Assembly: GCA_965220375.1 (NCBI GenBank)
Contig: OZ244824.1
Span: forward strand, 1,178,968-1,202,967
Length of the DNA: 24,000 bases
Direction of reading: 5' to 3'
Source: Dehalococcoidia bacterium
GTDB taxonomy: Bacteria; Chloroflexota; Dehalococcoidia; Lucifugimonadales; JAGWBF01
In this document: piece by piece, positions 1-8,841 of the stretch
How positions within the stretch are numbered: position 1 is the first letter of the stretch
How the letters are laid out: every line of letters begins with the position of its first letter
The notes under the pieces: model-generated
Told to the model about the DNA's origin: nothing
Databases searched by the model: none
The model's input: the letters and a program-made list of their open reading frames with translations, nothing else
Program-made: the position numbers and the translations under genes

Positions 1-136
1 GGCGGCTGGCGTGGCGAGGTTGTTCGCAGGGCTCTCAAGGGAGAAGGCTTTAGGTGAAATTCCCCAGGGACGCTGGACGTGCACCCAATAGACTAGGGCA
101 GGGGGTCGAGTGTCAAGGAAGATTTGTCCAGAGAGT

Positions 137-1399
137 TTACAGCTTCAGCAGCTTCTGGAAGGGGCGTTCGCTGCGGTGGGGGCCAACCACAGCCAGCCTC
201 AGGTTCTCGTCTCGCAGAATGTCGGAGGCTACCCGCTCCACATCCTCCGTAGTCACCTCGTCCATCATGGCGACCACATCATCCACCGTGTTGACCTTGC
301 CCGCCAGCTTCTCTTGGGCGCCCAGCCACATCGCCACGCTGCGGCTGTCCTCCATGCGCAGCATCATCCGGCCCTTGGACAGCTCCCTGGACTTGTCCAG
401 CTCGCTCTCGGGGATGTTGTCCTGGAGTCCCTTGAGCTGCTCCAGGATGGCGGACACAGCGCCCCGAGTCTTCTTTGGTTCCACACCGCAATAAACGCTA
501 ATGGCGCCGCAATCCCGGTAGAAGCTTATGGAGCTGTGCACATCATAGGCCAAGCTCTGCTTCTCCCGGAGCTCGAGGAACAGCCGGCTGCTCATGCCTT
601 CGCCCAGGATAACGTTCATCAGGGTCATGGCGTACCGGTCCGGGTGGTCCAGGGGCAGTCCCGGCAGGGCCAGGCACACGTGGGCTTGGTCGGTGTTTCG
701 CCGTTCGACCTTGACGGGGGCGGACCCATTCCGGTCTTCCACGGGAAACCAGGGGATGGGTTCCGCCTCCTTCCAGTCCTTCAGCAGGTCATCCAGCAGC
801 CCCACCACCTCTTCATGGGACACATCCCCGGCCACAGCTGCCACCACGTTCTTCGGCGTGTACTGGCTGCCCAGGTATTCCAGAATCTGGTCGCGGGTGA
901 TGGCCTTGACCGAGTCCTGGCTGCCTCCCACATCCCTGCCCATGGGCTGGGAGGGCCAGAGGGTTTCGTCTATGAGCAGGCCTACCCGGTTGGAAGGGTA
1001 GTCGTTGGTCATACGGAGCTCCTCCAGTATCACCTCCCGCTCCTTCTCCAGCTCCTCCGGGTCCATGATGGGGTGGACCAGCATATCGGCAAGCACCGCC
1101 AGCGCCGTGGGGAAGTGGGGCTTGGCAACCTTGCACCAGAAGATAGTCATCTCCCGGTCTGTGCTGGCGTTCATCACCCCACCGACGCCCTCGATGGCCT
1201 CGCTAACGTCCCGGGCTGTCGGCCATCCCTTGGTCCCCTTGAACAGCAGGTGCTCCAGAAAGTGGGATGCGCCTGCAATATCGTCAGTCTCGTAGCGGGA
1301 GCCGGCGCCCACGAACAAAGCCATGGAGACGGAATGGATGTTGGGCATGGATGAGGTGAGAACGGGCATCCCGTTGTCGAGCACACTCCTCTGGTACAT
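137..1399 (-). CDS. M16 (pitrilysin/insulinase) family zinc peptidase
   Basis: Long minus-strand ORF with the inverted zinc motif HFLEH (HxxEH) near the N-terminus and M16-like length. I moved the start from the track start (1507) to the ATG at 1399. GGGAGA lies about 5 nt upstream of that ATG, and a start at 1507 would overlap the upstream gene by 31 nt. Confidence 0.85.
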   Translation of the reverse strand: MYQRSVLDNGMPVLTSSMPNIHSVSMALFVGAGSRYETDDIAGASHFLEHLLFKGTKGWPTARDVSEAIEGVGGVMNASTDREMTIFWCKVAKPHFPTALAVLADMLVHPIMDPEELEKEREVILEELRMTNDYPSNRVGLLIDETLWPSQPMGRDVGGSQDSVKAITRDQILEYLGSQYTPKNVVAAVAGDVSHEEVVGLLDDLLKDWKEAEPIPWFPVEDRNGSAPVKVERRNTDQAHVCLALPGLPLDHPDRYAMTLMNVILGEGMSSRLFLELREKQSLAYDVHSSISFYRDCGAISVYCGVEPKKTRGAVSAILEQLKGLQDNIPESELDKSRELSKGRMMLRMEDSRSVAMWLGAQEKLAGKVNTVDDVVAMMDEVTTEDVERVASDILRDENLRLAVVGPHRSERPFQKLLKL

Positions 1400-1476
1400 A
1401 TCATCTCCCTGGACTAGAGTTGTATGGCGGTCGGTATTGAGATCGAGGTCGGCGATGGAGTACTGGGAGGGCAGAG

Positions 1477-2121
1477 CTAGCTCTTGAGCCACTCCACGTC
1501 CCCGCACAGATCGTCCGGGTGGGTCCTGGAGTTGAACTGGGCGATCTCCCTGCGCGCATCCCCCATCAGGGTGTCGGGACCGTGTCCGGTATAGACGGCG
1601 GTGCCATCCTCCAAGGGAAGGAGCTTTTCTTCTATGCTTGCCTTCACCTGCCTGAAGTTATCGGGGGAACCTGTGCGCCCGGGCCCTCCCTTGAACAGGG
1701 TATCCCCGGAGAATACGTGATTGCCGATTACGAGGCACAGGGCGCCGGGTGTATGGCCCGGCGTGTGCATCGCCTGGAGGCTGAGGTCCCCCACTGCCAT
1801 GCTGTCGCCATCCTGCAGAAGTATGTCCGGGGTCATAGGCAGGGCCGGGGCATCATCGGGATGGGCAGCCACGGGGGCGCCGGTGCGCTCCTTGAGGCGG
1901 CGCAGACCGGCTGTGTGGTCCGCGTGGCGGTGGGTGATGATAATGGCCTTGATGGGGCCGTCCCCTGCTGCGTCGGCCAGCTTCTCCGATTCATCGGGAG
2001 CGTCGATGATCACCTTCTCCCCGGTGCGACGGCAGGTGAGGATATAGCCATTGTTGTCCAGCATACCCATATGGGGAATCTTTATGATTTCCATCTCGCT
2101 GTTTTCGAAGTGGACGGACAA
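1477..2121 (-). CDS. MBL-fold metallo-hydrolase (glyoxalase II-like)
   Basis: Contains HRHADH (HxHxDH metallo-beta-lactamase motif) plus downstream His/Asp ligand positions. TTG start at 2121 is preceded by GGGAGG 7 nt upstream. Confidence 0.85.
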   Translation of the reverse strand: MSVHFENSEMEIIKIPHMGMLDNNGYILTCRRTGEKVIIDAPDESEKLADAAGDGPIKAIIITHRHADHTAGLRRLKERTGAPVAAHPDDAPALPMTPDILLQDGDSMAVGDLSLQAMHTPGHTPGALCLVIGNHVFSGDTLFKGGPGRTGSPDNFRQVKASIEEKLLPLEDGTAVYTGHGPDTLMGDARREIAQFNSRTHPDDLCGDVEWLKS

Positions 2122-2211
2122 ATCATGCCTCCCTGAGATGAGCTAATCTACATCTTAGCAGAAATCTCCGGCAGGACAACCTGACCGGTAGCCCCGTTGA
2201 GGGCCGGTCCG

Positions 2212-5200
2212 CTACTCGTACCGAAGGGCTTCGGCGGGGGTGACCCGGGAAGCCTGCCTGGCGGGGAAGAAGGTGGTGAGCATAGCGAAGATGTAGGTTG
2301 CGATGATTATTCCCACGATCTGCAGCCAGGGCACAGAGAATTTTATGCCCTCCAGCTGGTCCTCGAACCCGACCACAAGGTTGTTGGACAGGACGAATCC
2401 AAGGCTCACGCCGATAGCAATCCCCAGCAGGGTTACAAAGGAGGATTCCAACAGGAAGCTCAGCTGCACCATCTGCTGGCGGTAGCCCAATGCCCGCAGC
2501 ACGCCTATCTGCTGGCGCCGCTCCACCACAGCCCTCATGGACACCACGCCCAGGGCGGCGATGCCTACGATTAGCCCCAAGCCCATGTAGCCGATCAACA
2601 GGTTGTAGAAGGACCTGAAGAAGGAGACCAGGTCGGCGACTTGGTCCTCCAGCACGACGGTTTCCATGCCGTTGGCCAGGAAGGCGACCTCCAGGTCTTT
2701 CGACGCTTCCCGAACGTCAACCCCTTCGGCCACCTTGAACCTGTAGGTCGTTATCGGTATCTCCCCTGCAACGGGTACATTGATGCCGTTCCTGGACGCT
2801 ATGATACCCGCCAAATCCGCCGTCGGGTCGAGTATGGCGATGATCTTATATTCCCGCTCCCAGCCGCTGAGGGGCTCCGAAACCTCCACGGTTATGGGGG
2901 CTGCCAGGTCCTCGGTGAAGGAGACTCCTTCCAGGGTGAAGCTGCCTGCATCGTTAAAGTCCTGCTCGGCCTGCTCAAGGGCACCCGAATCTATCACCAC
3001 CAGGCTTGGGTCCCGAAGGAGGGCTTCCCACACAGCGTCGTCATCGCCCCTGTACTCGGGTATCGCAGAATGGATGCCGTACCCCGTCTGGTCCAGGTAC
3101 TCATCATCCGAAGCCTGCAGCGCGTAGCTCTCCCATGCCTGGCTTTCGGCCCCTACCTGCCTGACCGCAATGGGAGCTGTGGTGAATCCGCCGATGGCCT
3201 CGAAGTTAGCTATGGACAGGGAAGGGTTGTCTGCGATGGATGCCCGGATGTCGTCGATGGGACTGGCAAAGCTGACCCCGCCTTGGATATCCCAACCCCC
3301 GGCTATGCGCTCCGTATCGCGGAAGGTGTTGGCAAAAGATTCATTGAGCAGGGACATCACCACCATGGTGAAGATCACCAGGGAGAACATGGCTAGTGTG
3401 AGGCCTGTACGGAACTTGGCGCTCATAGGGTAGGCGACGGCGGTAACCACAACGGGCCGCAGCCTCCCCACCCGAGAGGTCAGGATCGTAAGGCCCCGCA
3501 GCAGGAGGTCGGCGTTGTACATAACCGTCCACACCGCGGCGCCCACCATGCATATCCCGGAGATGAAGAACATCTCGATGTCACCCTCCAGGTCCCCGGC
3601 CAGCACATCCCCCAGGTCCGCCGGGAGCAGCCAGAAGGCCAGCACCAAGACCCCTATCAGGGTGAAGGCGTGGCGATCGATGGTCTGGGGCCTTCGGGGA
3701 ACCTGGCCGCTGAGCAAGGGTAGGACCATGGAGGCCCCGGCAATCAGCAGCAGGGCCCCTATCGTGATGGTTACCGCCTGCCCGTTCAGAATGGCGTAGG
3801 GAAGCAGCAGCACTCCCGAAAGGGCCAAGAGGAAGCCGAACACCTCGGTGAACTGGGGCTGTGCCGTCACCAATAGGCGCAGCATAAGCCCAAAGCCGAG
3901 GACCATCAGGGTCATGCCCAGGGTGAAGGCCGCCTCAGAACTCCACGCCTGGATGCCTTGATAGTACAGGAACGCCCCAATCAGGAAGATGAGCCAGCCC
4001 CTGCGCAGATAGGGCAGAGAGAAACGCACGATGGCAATGAATAAGTCGGTTATCCAGATGGGGAACACGATCACCCAGAGGACGCTGCTCAGGGAGCGGA
4101 GGGTACCCCGCAGGAACCTGCCGCGGGCTATGGAGGAGATGCCCTGCCACAGGAAGACTATGGGCCGCCCCAGGGACAGGGGGAGCAGCTTCGCCCGTTC
4201 CATGAAGGAAGGCTCGCCACCCAGGACGATGTTTTCCGGCACCCCACGCACCGCCTCGGCGATGTTCATTCGGCTGACGCGGGTTGCCGAAACTACGGCG
4301 GTGACAAAGACGATGATCATCCCCATGCAGAAGGCGGCGATAATGCTCCTGGCCTCCACATGGTAGGTGAACGAGAAGTCCAAATCGATCCGACCAATAA
4401 TGTAATTGAGCAGGGCGATGATGCCATAGCTGATCACCAAGCCCAGCAGGGTCCCCACGGCTGCGGCGATCAGGTCGTAGGTGGTGCCCTCGAAGACGAA
4501 CATCTGCACCAGGTGGCTTCGCTTCGCCCCCACGGCCCGGGCCATGCCCATCTCAGTGCGCCGGGCGGCAGCCAGCATCACGAAGATCAGGAATATCAGA
4601 AGGATGCCCACCATGATGGAGAACAGGCCGAACATGACAAACAGGGATGTGATCCCGCTTCCGGCCTGGTCGGCGATGTCCAGGAGGAAGCGCTTGAGCT
4701 CGAACACGCTCAGGGACGCCAGGTCCTGGAAGAGGTTGTACGCTTCATCAAGGACCTCCCGACGCTGGTCATCGGGCAGTCCCGCGCCTTCTATGGCTGA
4801 TAGCACATCATCCTGCACCGACGGGTCCGAGAGGGTCTGCACAAGCTCATCGGAAATCCTCGGCTCTTGCAGCTCCCGGTGGAGGATGTCGAGCTGCTCC
4901 TTGGCCCGACCCAGGGCGGAGCTTCTCTGATCATCTATGGCTGACAGCACGTCGGGCTGGCTGAGCAGGACCTTCAGCTCGGCTGCCACACCTTCGTCGG
5001 CCAGCAGCCCCCGCAGATGGGTCGTAACGTCCCGGCTAAGGTCGGCTCCATCCTGGGACCCTCCCAGGTTTGATACGGAGATGGTGTTGATCTGTCCCTG
5101 GCGCCCGAAGAGCTCCTGTCCCTGCTCCAGGGAAAGGAGGGCCGTGGGGCTGGTGCTCTGTCCTGCCATGCCTCCCGACCGGACGATTTCGGCCACATCG

Positions 5201-5853
5201 AAGGCTTTCGTGTCCCCGCCGACTTGCAGGGCGATTCGGTGGCCCGCTTGCGCCTCCAGCTCCTCGGCCGCCGCGTCGTTTAGGTAAAGGCTTCCGCCGG
5301 GGAGCTGCTGAACGGACACAACCTCGCCGGAAAGGGTGGTGAGGGGCCTAAACCCGTCCAGGTGCGCCGGGTCAAATGCAGTTACCCGCATGCGGCCCTC
5401 GCTGAGGGATGTGGTATCGCTGAAAGCCGGGACCGTCTCAGCCATGTGGGGAATGATGCCGTCGATCTGGTTGAAGCCCTGCAGGGCCTCCTGCAGCCGG
5501 CGGAATTCATCCTCGGAGAAATAAGGCGGGCCGGGCTGTCCGAAACCCTCCGGGTCCTCGGAGGAGGTCAAGACCTCGTCGATGTTTCCCAGCTCCACTA
5601 TAGCGTCGCTGCGAATGGAGCTGCTGATGGTGTCGCCGGTGGCAAAGGCTGCTGTGATGATCACAGCGCTCAGCATGGAACCGACCACGATGAGCACGGA
5701 CTGGGACTTGCGGCGGGGGATGTTGCGCAGACCCAGGCGCAGCATCACCCGGTTCCTCCACGCCAGGATGCCCACGACGAGCATGATCGCCAGGAAGACG
5801 ATCAGCATGGTCGCCGATATGTAGGTCATTGAAAGGCCGAACAGCTCATCCAT
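2212..5853 (-). CDS. ABC transporter permease, MacB/FtsX-type with two FtsX modules (1213 aa)
   Basis: N-terminal TM helix, then a long soluble segment and a first FtsX-like bundle (around RRTEMGMARAVGAKRSHLVQMF). A central block of extra hydrophobic helices and a second soluble segment follow. A second FtsX-like bundle sits at the C-terminus (RRQQIGVLRALGYRQQMVQLSF). ATG at 5853 lies 14 nt after the ATPase stop with an AGGTGAG RBS. Confidence 0.85.
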   Translation of the reverse strand: MDELFGLSMTYISATMLIVFLAIMLVVGILAWRNRVMLRLGLRNIPRRKSQSVLIVVGSMLSAVIITAAFATGDTISSSIRSDAIVELGNIDEVLTSSEDPEGFGQPGPPYFSEDEFRRLQEALQGFNQIDGIIPHMAETVPAFSDTTSLSEGRMRVTAFDPAHLDGFRPLTTLSGEVVSVQQLPGGSLYLNDAAAEELEAQAGHRIALQVGGDTKAFDVAEIVRSGGMAGQSTSPTALLSLEQGQELFGRQGQINTISVSNLGGSQDGADLSRDVTTHLRGLLADEGVAAELKVLLSQPDVLSAIDDQRSSALGRAKEQLDILHRELQEPRISDELVQTLSDPSVQDDVLSAIEGAGLPDDQRREVLDEAYNLFQDLASLSVFELKRFLLDIADQAGSGITSLFVMFGLFSIMVGILLIFLIFVMLAAARRTEMGMARAVGAKRSHLVQMFVFEGTTYDLIAAAVGTLLGLVISYGIIALLNYIIGRIDLDFSFTYHVEARSIIAAFCMGMIIVFVTAVVSATRVSRMNIAEAVRGVPENIVLGGEPSFMERAKLLPLSLGRPIVFLWQGISSIARGRFLRGTLRSLSSVLWVIVFPIWITDLFIAIVRFSLPYLRRGWLIFLIGAFLYYQGIQAWSSEAAFTLGMTLMVLGFGLMLRLLVTAQPQFTEVFGFLLALSGVLLLPYAILNGQAVTITIGALLLIAGASMVLPLLSGQVPRRPQTIDRHAFTLIGVLVLAFWLLPADLGDVLAGDLEGDIEMFFISGICMVGAAVWTVMYNADLLLRGLTILTSRVGRLRPVVVTAVAYPMSAKFRTGLTLAMFSLVIFTMVVMSLLNESFANTFRDTERIAGGWDIQGGVSFASPIDDIRASIADNPSLSIANFEAIGGFTTAPIAVRQVGAESQAWESYALQASDDEYLDQTGYGIHSAIPEYRGDDDAVWEALLRDPSLVVIDSGALEQAEQDFNDAGSFTLEGVSFTEDLAAPITVEVSEPLSGWEREYKIIAILDPTADLAGIIASRNGINVPVAGEIPITTYRFKVAEGVDVREASKDLEVAFLANGMETVVLEDQVADLVSFFRSFYNLLIGYMGLGLIVGIAALGVVSMRAVVERRQQIGVLRALGYRQQMVQLSFLLESSFVTLLGIAIGVSLGFVLSNNLVVGFEDQLEGIKFSVPWLQIVGIIIATYIFAMLTTFFPARQASRVTPAEALRYE

Positions 5854-5867
5854 TGCTCACCTGCGGG

Positions 5868-6593
5868 TTACCTGTTGGACCCTGCGCGGCCTCTAGCTTG
5901 AGAAGCAGACATGCCGTCATCCACAACTATGCCGTCCCGCATGCGGACGATGCGGTGGGCGCGGTCGCCTACATCCTGTCCATGGGTCACCATGACGAAG
6001 GTCTGACGATTCTCCTGGTTCAGGCGGCACATCAGCTCCATGATGTCGTTGGTCGTTTCGCTGTCCAGGTCGCCGGTCGGTTCGTCGGCCCAGACTATTG
6101 CAGGTTCGTTTATCAGCGCCCTGGCTATGGTCACCCTCTGGCGCTGGCCCCCGGAAAGCTCGCCGGGCAGGTGGTGGGCCCTCTCTGAAAGCCCTACGAT
6201 ATCTAGCTGCTCCATGGACTTGCGTCGGGCCTCCCTGGGATTTACACCCGCAACCAGAAGGGGCATCTCCACATTCTCCACAGAGGTGAGGACGGGGATC
6301 AGGTTGTATAGCTGGAACACGAATCCCATCCGGCGGGCGCGGTAGTCGCTGCGTTCATCGTCGGGAAGCTCGTGCAGTTTCTTGTTCTCGATGAGTATCT
6401 CCCCCTGGTCCACCGTGTCCAGTCCCGACATGCAGTTGAGAAGGGTGGTCTTCCCGCAGCCGCTGGGACCCATGATGGCGAGCATCTCGCCCCGCTCGAC
6501 GGTCAGGTCCACTCCCTTCAGCGCTTCCACCTTTATCGTTCCTGTGTCGTAGGTCTTGAATACATCCCGCACTACTACGGACGGAACCTCCAC
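5868..6593 (-). CDS. ABC transporter ATP-binding protein (MacB/LolD-like)
   Basis: Walker [10 protein letters not shown], signature LSGGQRQRV and Walker [16 protein letters not shown] start at 6593 has AGGAGGG 5 nt upstream. Confidence 0.9.
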   Translation of the reverse strand: MEVPSVVVRDVFKTYDTGTIKVEALKGVDLTVERGEMLAIMGPSGCGKTTLLNCMSGLDTVDQGEILIENKKLHELPDDERSDYRARRMGFVFQLYNLIPVLTSVENVEMPLLVAGVNPREARRKSMEQLDIVGLSERAHHLPGELSGGQRQRVTIARALINEPAIVWADEPTGDLDSETTNDIMELMCRLNQENRQTFVMVTHGQDVGDRAHRIVRMRDGIVVDDGMSASQARGRAGSNR

Positions 6594-6654
6594 TGGACCC
6601 TCCTAACCTTGACATTGACATATCGGGCGGCTTAGCCTCTCTCCAAGCAAACGC

Positions 6655-6669
6655 CCTATATCATATAGG
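6655..6669 (+). promoter_or_regulatory. 15-bp perfect palindrome CCTATAT-C-ATATAGG overlapping the Shine-Dalgarno of the cupin gene
   Basis: Read directly: 7-bp arms around a central C. The right arm runs into AGGAGGG (6667-6673), which precedes the GTG start at 6676. Confidence 0.3.
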
Positions 6670-6675
6670 AGGGAA

Positions 6676-6987
6676 GTGGCTGTGGCTAGGGGGGATGCAC
6701 CCTTGGGAGAAGTGGCAACCAGGGTGCTGTTTGAGAATGAAAAAGTGAAGATATGGAGCTTGGAGGTAGCCCCCGGCGATGCCAGCGACTGGCATCTCCA
6801 CAAGTGGGACTACGTCACCGTGTCTGTGGAGGGGGAGCGCCTTGTGCGGGAGCTGGAAGATGGGACCACAGAGCTGGTGGCCTTCGAGCCTGGGCGATGG
6901 ACGTATCATGCGGGACCTGAGGTACACCGGGTGATCAACGACAGCCAGGTCCCGTGGCAGAACCTGCTGATCGAGATCAAGGACTAG
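6676..6987 (+). CDS. Small cupin-domain protein
   Basis: 103-aa ORF with GTG start after AGGAGGG. It has an HLH (HxH) motif followed by a VSVEG strand and a later H (EVHRVIN), the cupin metal-site pattern. The beta-rich sequence is typical of a single cupin barrel. Confidence 0.6.
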   Translation: MAVARGDAPLGEVATRVLFENEKVKIWSLEVAPGDASDWHLHKWDYVTVSVEGERLVRELEDGTTELVAFEPGRWTYHAGPEVHRVINDSQVPWQNLLIEIKD

Positions 6988-7026
6988 GCGCCCGCCCAAG
7001 TTTATCCGAACGGACCTTGGCCCCTA

Positions 7027-7059
7027 TCTCCTTACCAGCGTATCCTCTTCGTAAGGAGA
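7027..7059 (+). promoter_or_regulatory. 9-bp perfect inverted repeat TCTCCTTAC-N15-GTAAGGAGA covering the vapB RBS
   Basis: Read directly. The right arm contains the AAGGAGA Shine-Dalgarno 7 nt before the vapB ATG (7066). It could be an autoregulatory operator or an RBS-sequestering hairpin. Confidence 0.35.
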
Positions 7060-7065
7060 CGCGCG

Positions 7066-7311
7066 ATGTTAGTCAAGGTCACTTCTAAGAGGCAGGTAAC
7101 CTTTCCAGCCCGGGTGCTGGAGGCACTGGGAGTTGAGCCGGGGGACCAGATTGAGCTGCTCGAAGGCCCGGATGGCTTCTTACTGCGCCCGCGCCGGATA
7201 GACTATTCCAAGCTGGGCACCCTCCGGGACAAGATACCACCCGGGACCCCGCCCTTTGACATCCGCAAATTCAGAGACGAGGGATATGATCCGTACAAGT
7301 ATCGGGATTGA
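7066..7311 (+). CDS. vapB: AbrB/MazE/SpoVT-family antitoxin (VapB-like)
   Basis: N-terminal swapped-hairpin signature: VKVTSKRQVTFPARVLEALGVEPGDQIELL. Its 3' end overlaps the start of a PIN-domain reading frame, which is the classic TA arrangement. Confidence 0.8.
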   Translation: MLVKVTSKRQVTFPARVLEALGVEPGDQIELLEGPDGFLLRPRRIDYSKLGTLRDKIPPGTPPFDIRKFRDEGYDPYKYRD

Positions 7312-7689
7312 CGCCTCCGTACTTGTGCGGCTCGCCTTGGTCAGCTACAAGACCTATTCGCCCGATGTGTCGCACGGTTAAGGGACCTCTCGTCAGGTGG
7401 AGTTGAGGTTCTTGCCTCCAACCAGGTGATCGGGGAGGCATACGTTGCCCTTCAGCGCCACTATGTCATTTCGTGGGAGGACTCCAGAGCCGCGCTTCAT
7501 GCCACCCTCACCAGCGGCCTGGCAGCCCCCCTCAACGGAGGTCCTGTACTGGATGCCCTCTCTGCCTCCGGCGGCCCCGGCCTCTTTGCCCGGCTGATAG
7601 CCAACGACTACTCCCACGCCGGTTTGGAAACTCTGACCCTGGACCGGCAGATGGCCTCGCTGCCTGCAGCGCGGCTCCTCGAAGGGTAG
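7286..7689 (+). pseudogene. vapC: PIN-domain toxin (VapC-like), disrupted by a frameshift
   Basis: ATG at 7286 (GAGGGA RBS, overlapping the vapB 3' end) opens MIRTSIGIDASVLVRLA, the first PIN acidic motif, and stops at 7379-7381. The rest of the PIN domain continues in another frame, open from 7312 to 7689: VEVLASNQVIGEAYVALQRHY ... LIANDY ... TLTLDR. The frame switch must lie around 7330-7345. Confidence 0.65.
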
Positions 7690-7726
7690 TACGGATGTTG
7701 TTCTTCTATTGAGGCGGTGGGCACTG

Positions 7727-7948
7727 ATGACTTACCACGTTTACGAGAACTGGACGATTAACAAGGCAATTGTCCACGAGGGTAGATGCCCTTATTGTAA
7801 GCATGGCCGGGGCATCCACAGGACGGATCGCGGGAGGAACGGTCAATGGCATGGGCCATACGAAACGAGAGATGAGGCGCTTCAACACGCCAGAGCTACG
7901 GAAAGGCGTGATGTGAGGGCATGCAAGTTCTGCTTGGGCGGTCAATAG
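7727..7948 (+). CDS. Small Cys4 zinc-ribbon-like protein, function unknown (island gene 1)
   Basis: 73 aa from the ATG at 7727; the track start at 7709 is TTG. It has two CxxC pairs (CPYC and CKFC) about 45 residues apart. It is the first gene of the AT-richer island. Confidence 0.55.
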   Translation: MTYHVYENWTINKAIVHEGRCPYCKHGRGIHRTDRGRNGQWHGPYETRDEALQHARATERRDVRACKFCLGGQ

Positions 7949-7972
7949 AACCCCAGCGATGAAGGGACCGGA

Positions 7973-8275
7973 ATGAATGACCAGCAGTTGGACCGAAACT
8001 TAAGATCCATAGGGAAAGAATGCTTTGTTACGTTCTTCGGAGAGCTTTGCGACCTAGAACTAACTAACGAGGCCGTTGCCAGATACATTGCGCAAGATTG
8101 GGGTTGCGATGAAGGCGCTGCCCTAACTTGGCGCGTGAATCCCGCCCGAAAGATCGTCCAAGCAGGGCGCGCGGCGGACGCGTTGGATATTTGCGCAAGA
8201 AGCCGTTTGCCAGCCCATACTAGGGATAGAGCCGCTGAATTAGCTGCCCATTTGAGGAAGTCAAGCCTGCCATGA
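7973..8275 (+). CDS. Hypothetical 100-aa protein, predicted helical (island gene 2)
   Basis: ATG preceded by GAAGGGA. Its stop overlaps the next gene start as ATGA (8272-8275), implying translational coupling. I recognise no family. Confidence 0.5.
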   Translation: MNDQQLDRNLRSIGKECFVTFFGELCDLELTNEAVARYIAQDWGCDEGAALTWRVNPARKIVQAGRAADALDICARSRLPAHTRDRAAELAAHLRKSSLP

Positions 8276-8784
8276 ACAGTGCTGAGACATTCAAGAGTTC
8301 ATTGCGATGGCTGGAACACAGCTACACAGACTACACGTTCTACACGGAGCGGGATGTCGTTTGGACAGTACAGAAGCATATCTCAGAAGAGATTGGCAAA
8401 GCAGGTCTGCGATGCCGGGTTTTCAACGACCACACTATCTTTAAGGGAACCAGGGCCGATCTGGTGATCCTTGGTGAGGGGGATTTCGTAGAGATAGCCG
8501 TTGAGTTCAAGTACGAGCCATCCCACGCTCGCAGGGCGGACCGTGGTGGAGACATCTGGCCATCAAAACTTGACCCTTCGGTAGTATTTTGGACCGGAGA
8601 GGGAAGCGTCCAAAAAGATGTAGACCGTGTGCAAGAATATGTCAAAAGGCTGTTGGCTAAGGAAGCCTTCTCCATCTTCATAGATGAGGGCGGCCGCTTC
8701 CGGTCCCGCAGCCCCCATAAGGGGAGCGAGTGGATAGACTGGGGCCGGGGTGTAAGTGTACTCTGGTCTCACGTGGTTCAGTAG
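8272..8784 (+). CDS. Hypothetical protein with PD-(D/E)xK nuclease-like motif (island gene 3)
   Basis: 170 aa. The spacing E26 ... D63 (RADLVIL) ... E78-F-K80 (IAVEFKYE) matches the restriction-endonuclease-fold core: beta-strand D, then hydrophobic strand ExK. The call rests on the motif only. Confidence 0.5.
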   Translation: MNSAETFKSSLRWLEHSYTDYTFYTERDVVWTVQKHISEEIGKAGLRCRVFNDHTIFKGTRADLVILGEGDFVEIAVEFKYEPSHARRADRGGDIWPSKLDPSVVFWTGEGSVQKDVDRVQEYVKRLLAKEAFSIFIDEGGRFRSRSPHKGSEWIDWGRGVSVLWSHVVQ

Positions 8785-8841
8785 CCGCCAATTGTGCTCA
8801 ACGTATAATAGTGAACCAATAATTTCCTCGGAGAGAGTTAA

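Noticed and set aside
1-136. Possible start of another minus-strand gene or an RNA gene at the left edge
   Set aside because: The minus strand is open toward the window edge from about position 100, but I saw no convincing RBS, recognisable motif or tRNA-like structure. The segment is too short to support a call.
110-1354. 414-aa plus-strand ORF, and similar long ORFs antisense to real genes (e.g. 1519-2136, 2641-3396, 10080-10727, 14617-15591, 15776-16414, 16451-17239, 17294-17854, 19505-20575, 21265-22458)
   Set aside because: They lie antisense to genes with clear family motifs. Their products are Arg/Gly/Pro/His-rich low-complexity sequences typical of stop-poor antisense frames in high-GC DNA. 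They lack convincing RBSs.
6609-6620. TTGACATTGACA as the -35 of a defined promoter
   Set aside because: No acceptable -10 hexamer lies 16-19 nt downstream on the plus strand. The AT-rich hexamers at 6657-6669 are about 36 nt or more away. It is kept only as an observation.
7426-7689. 87-aa ORF as an independent gene
   Set aside because: It is the C-terminal two thirds of a PIN domain whose N-terminus is encoded in another frame from 7286. I interpret it as part of a frameshifted vapC rather than a stand-alone gene.
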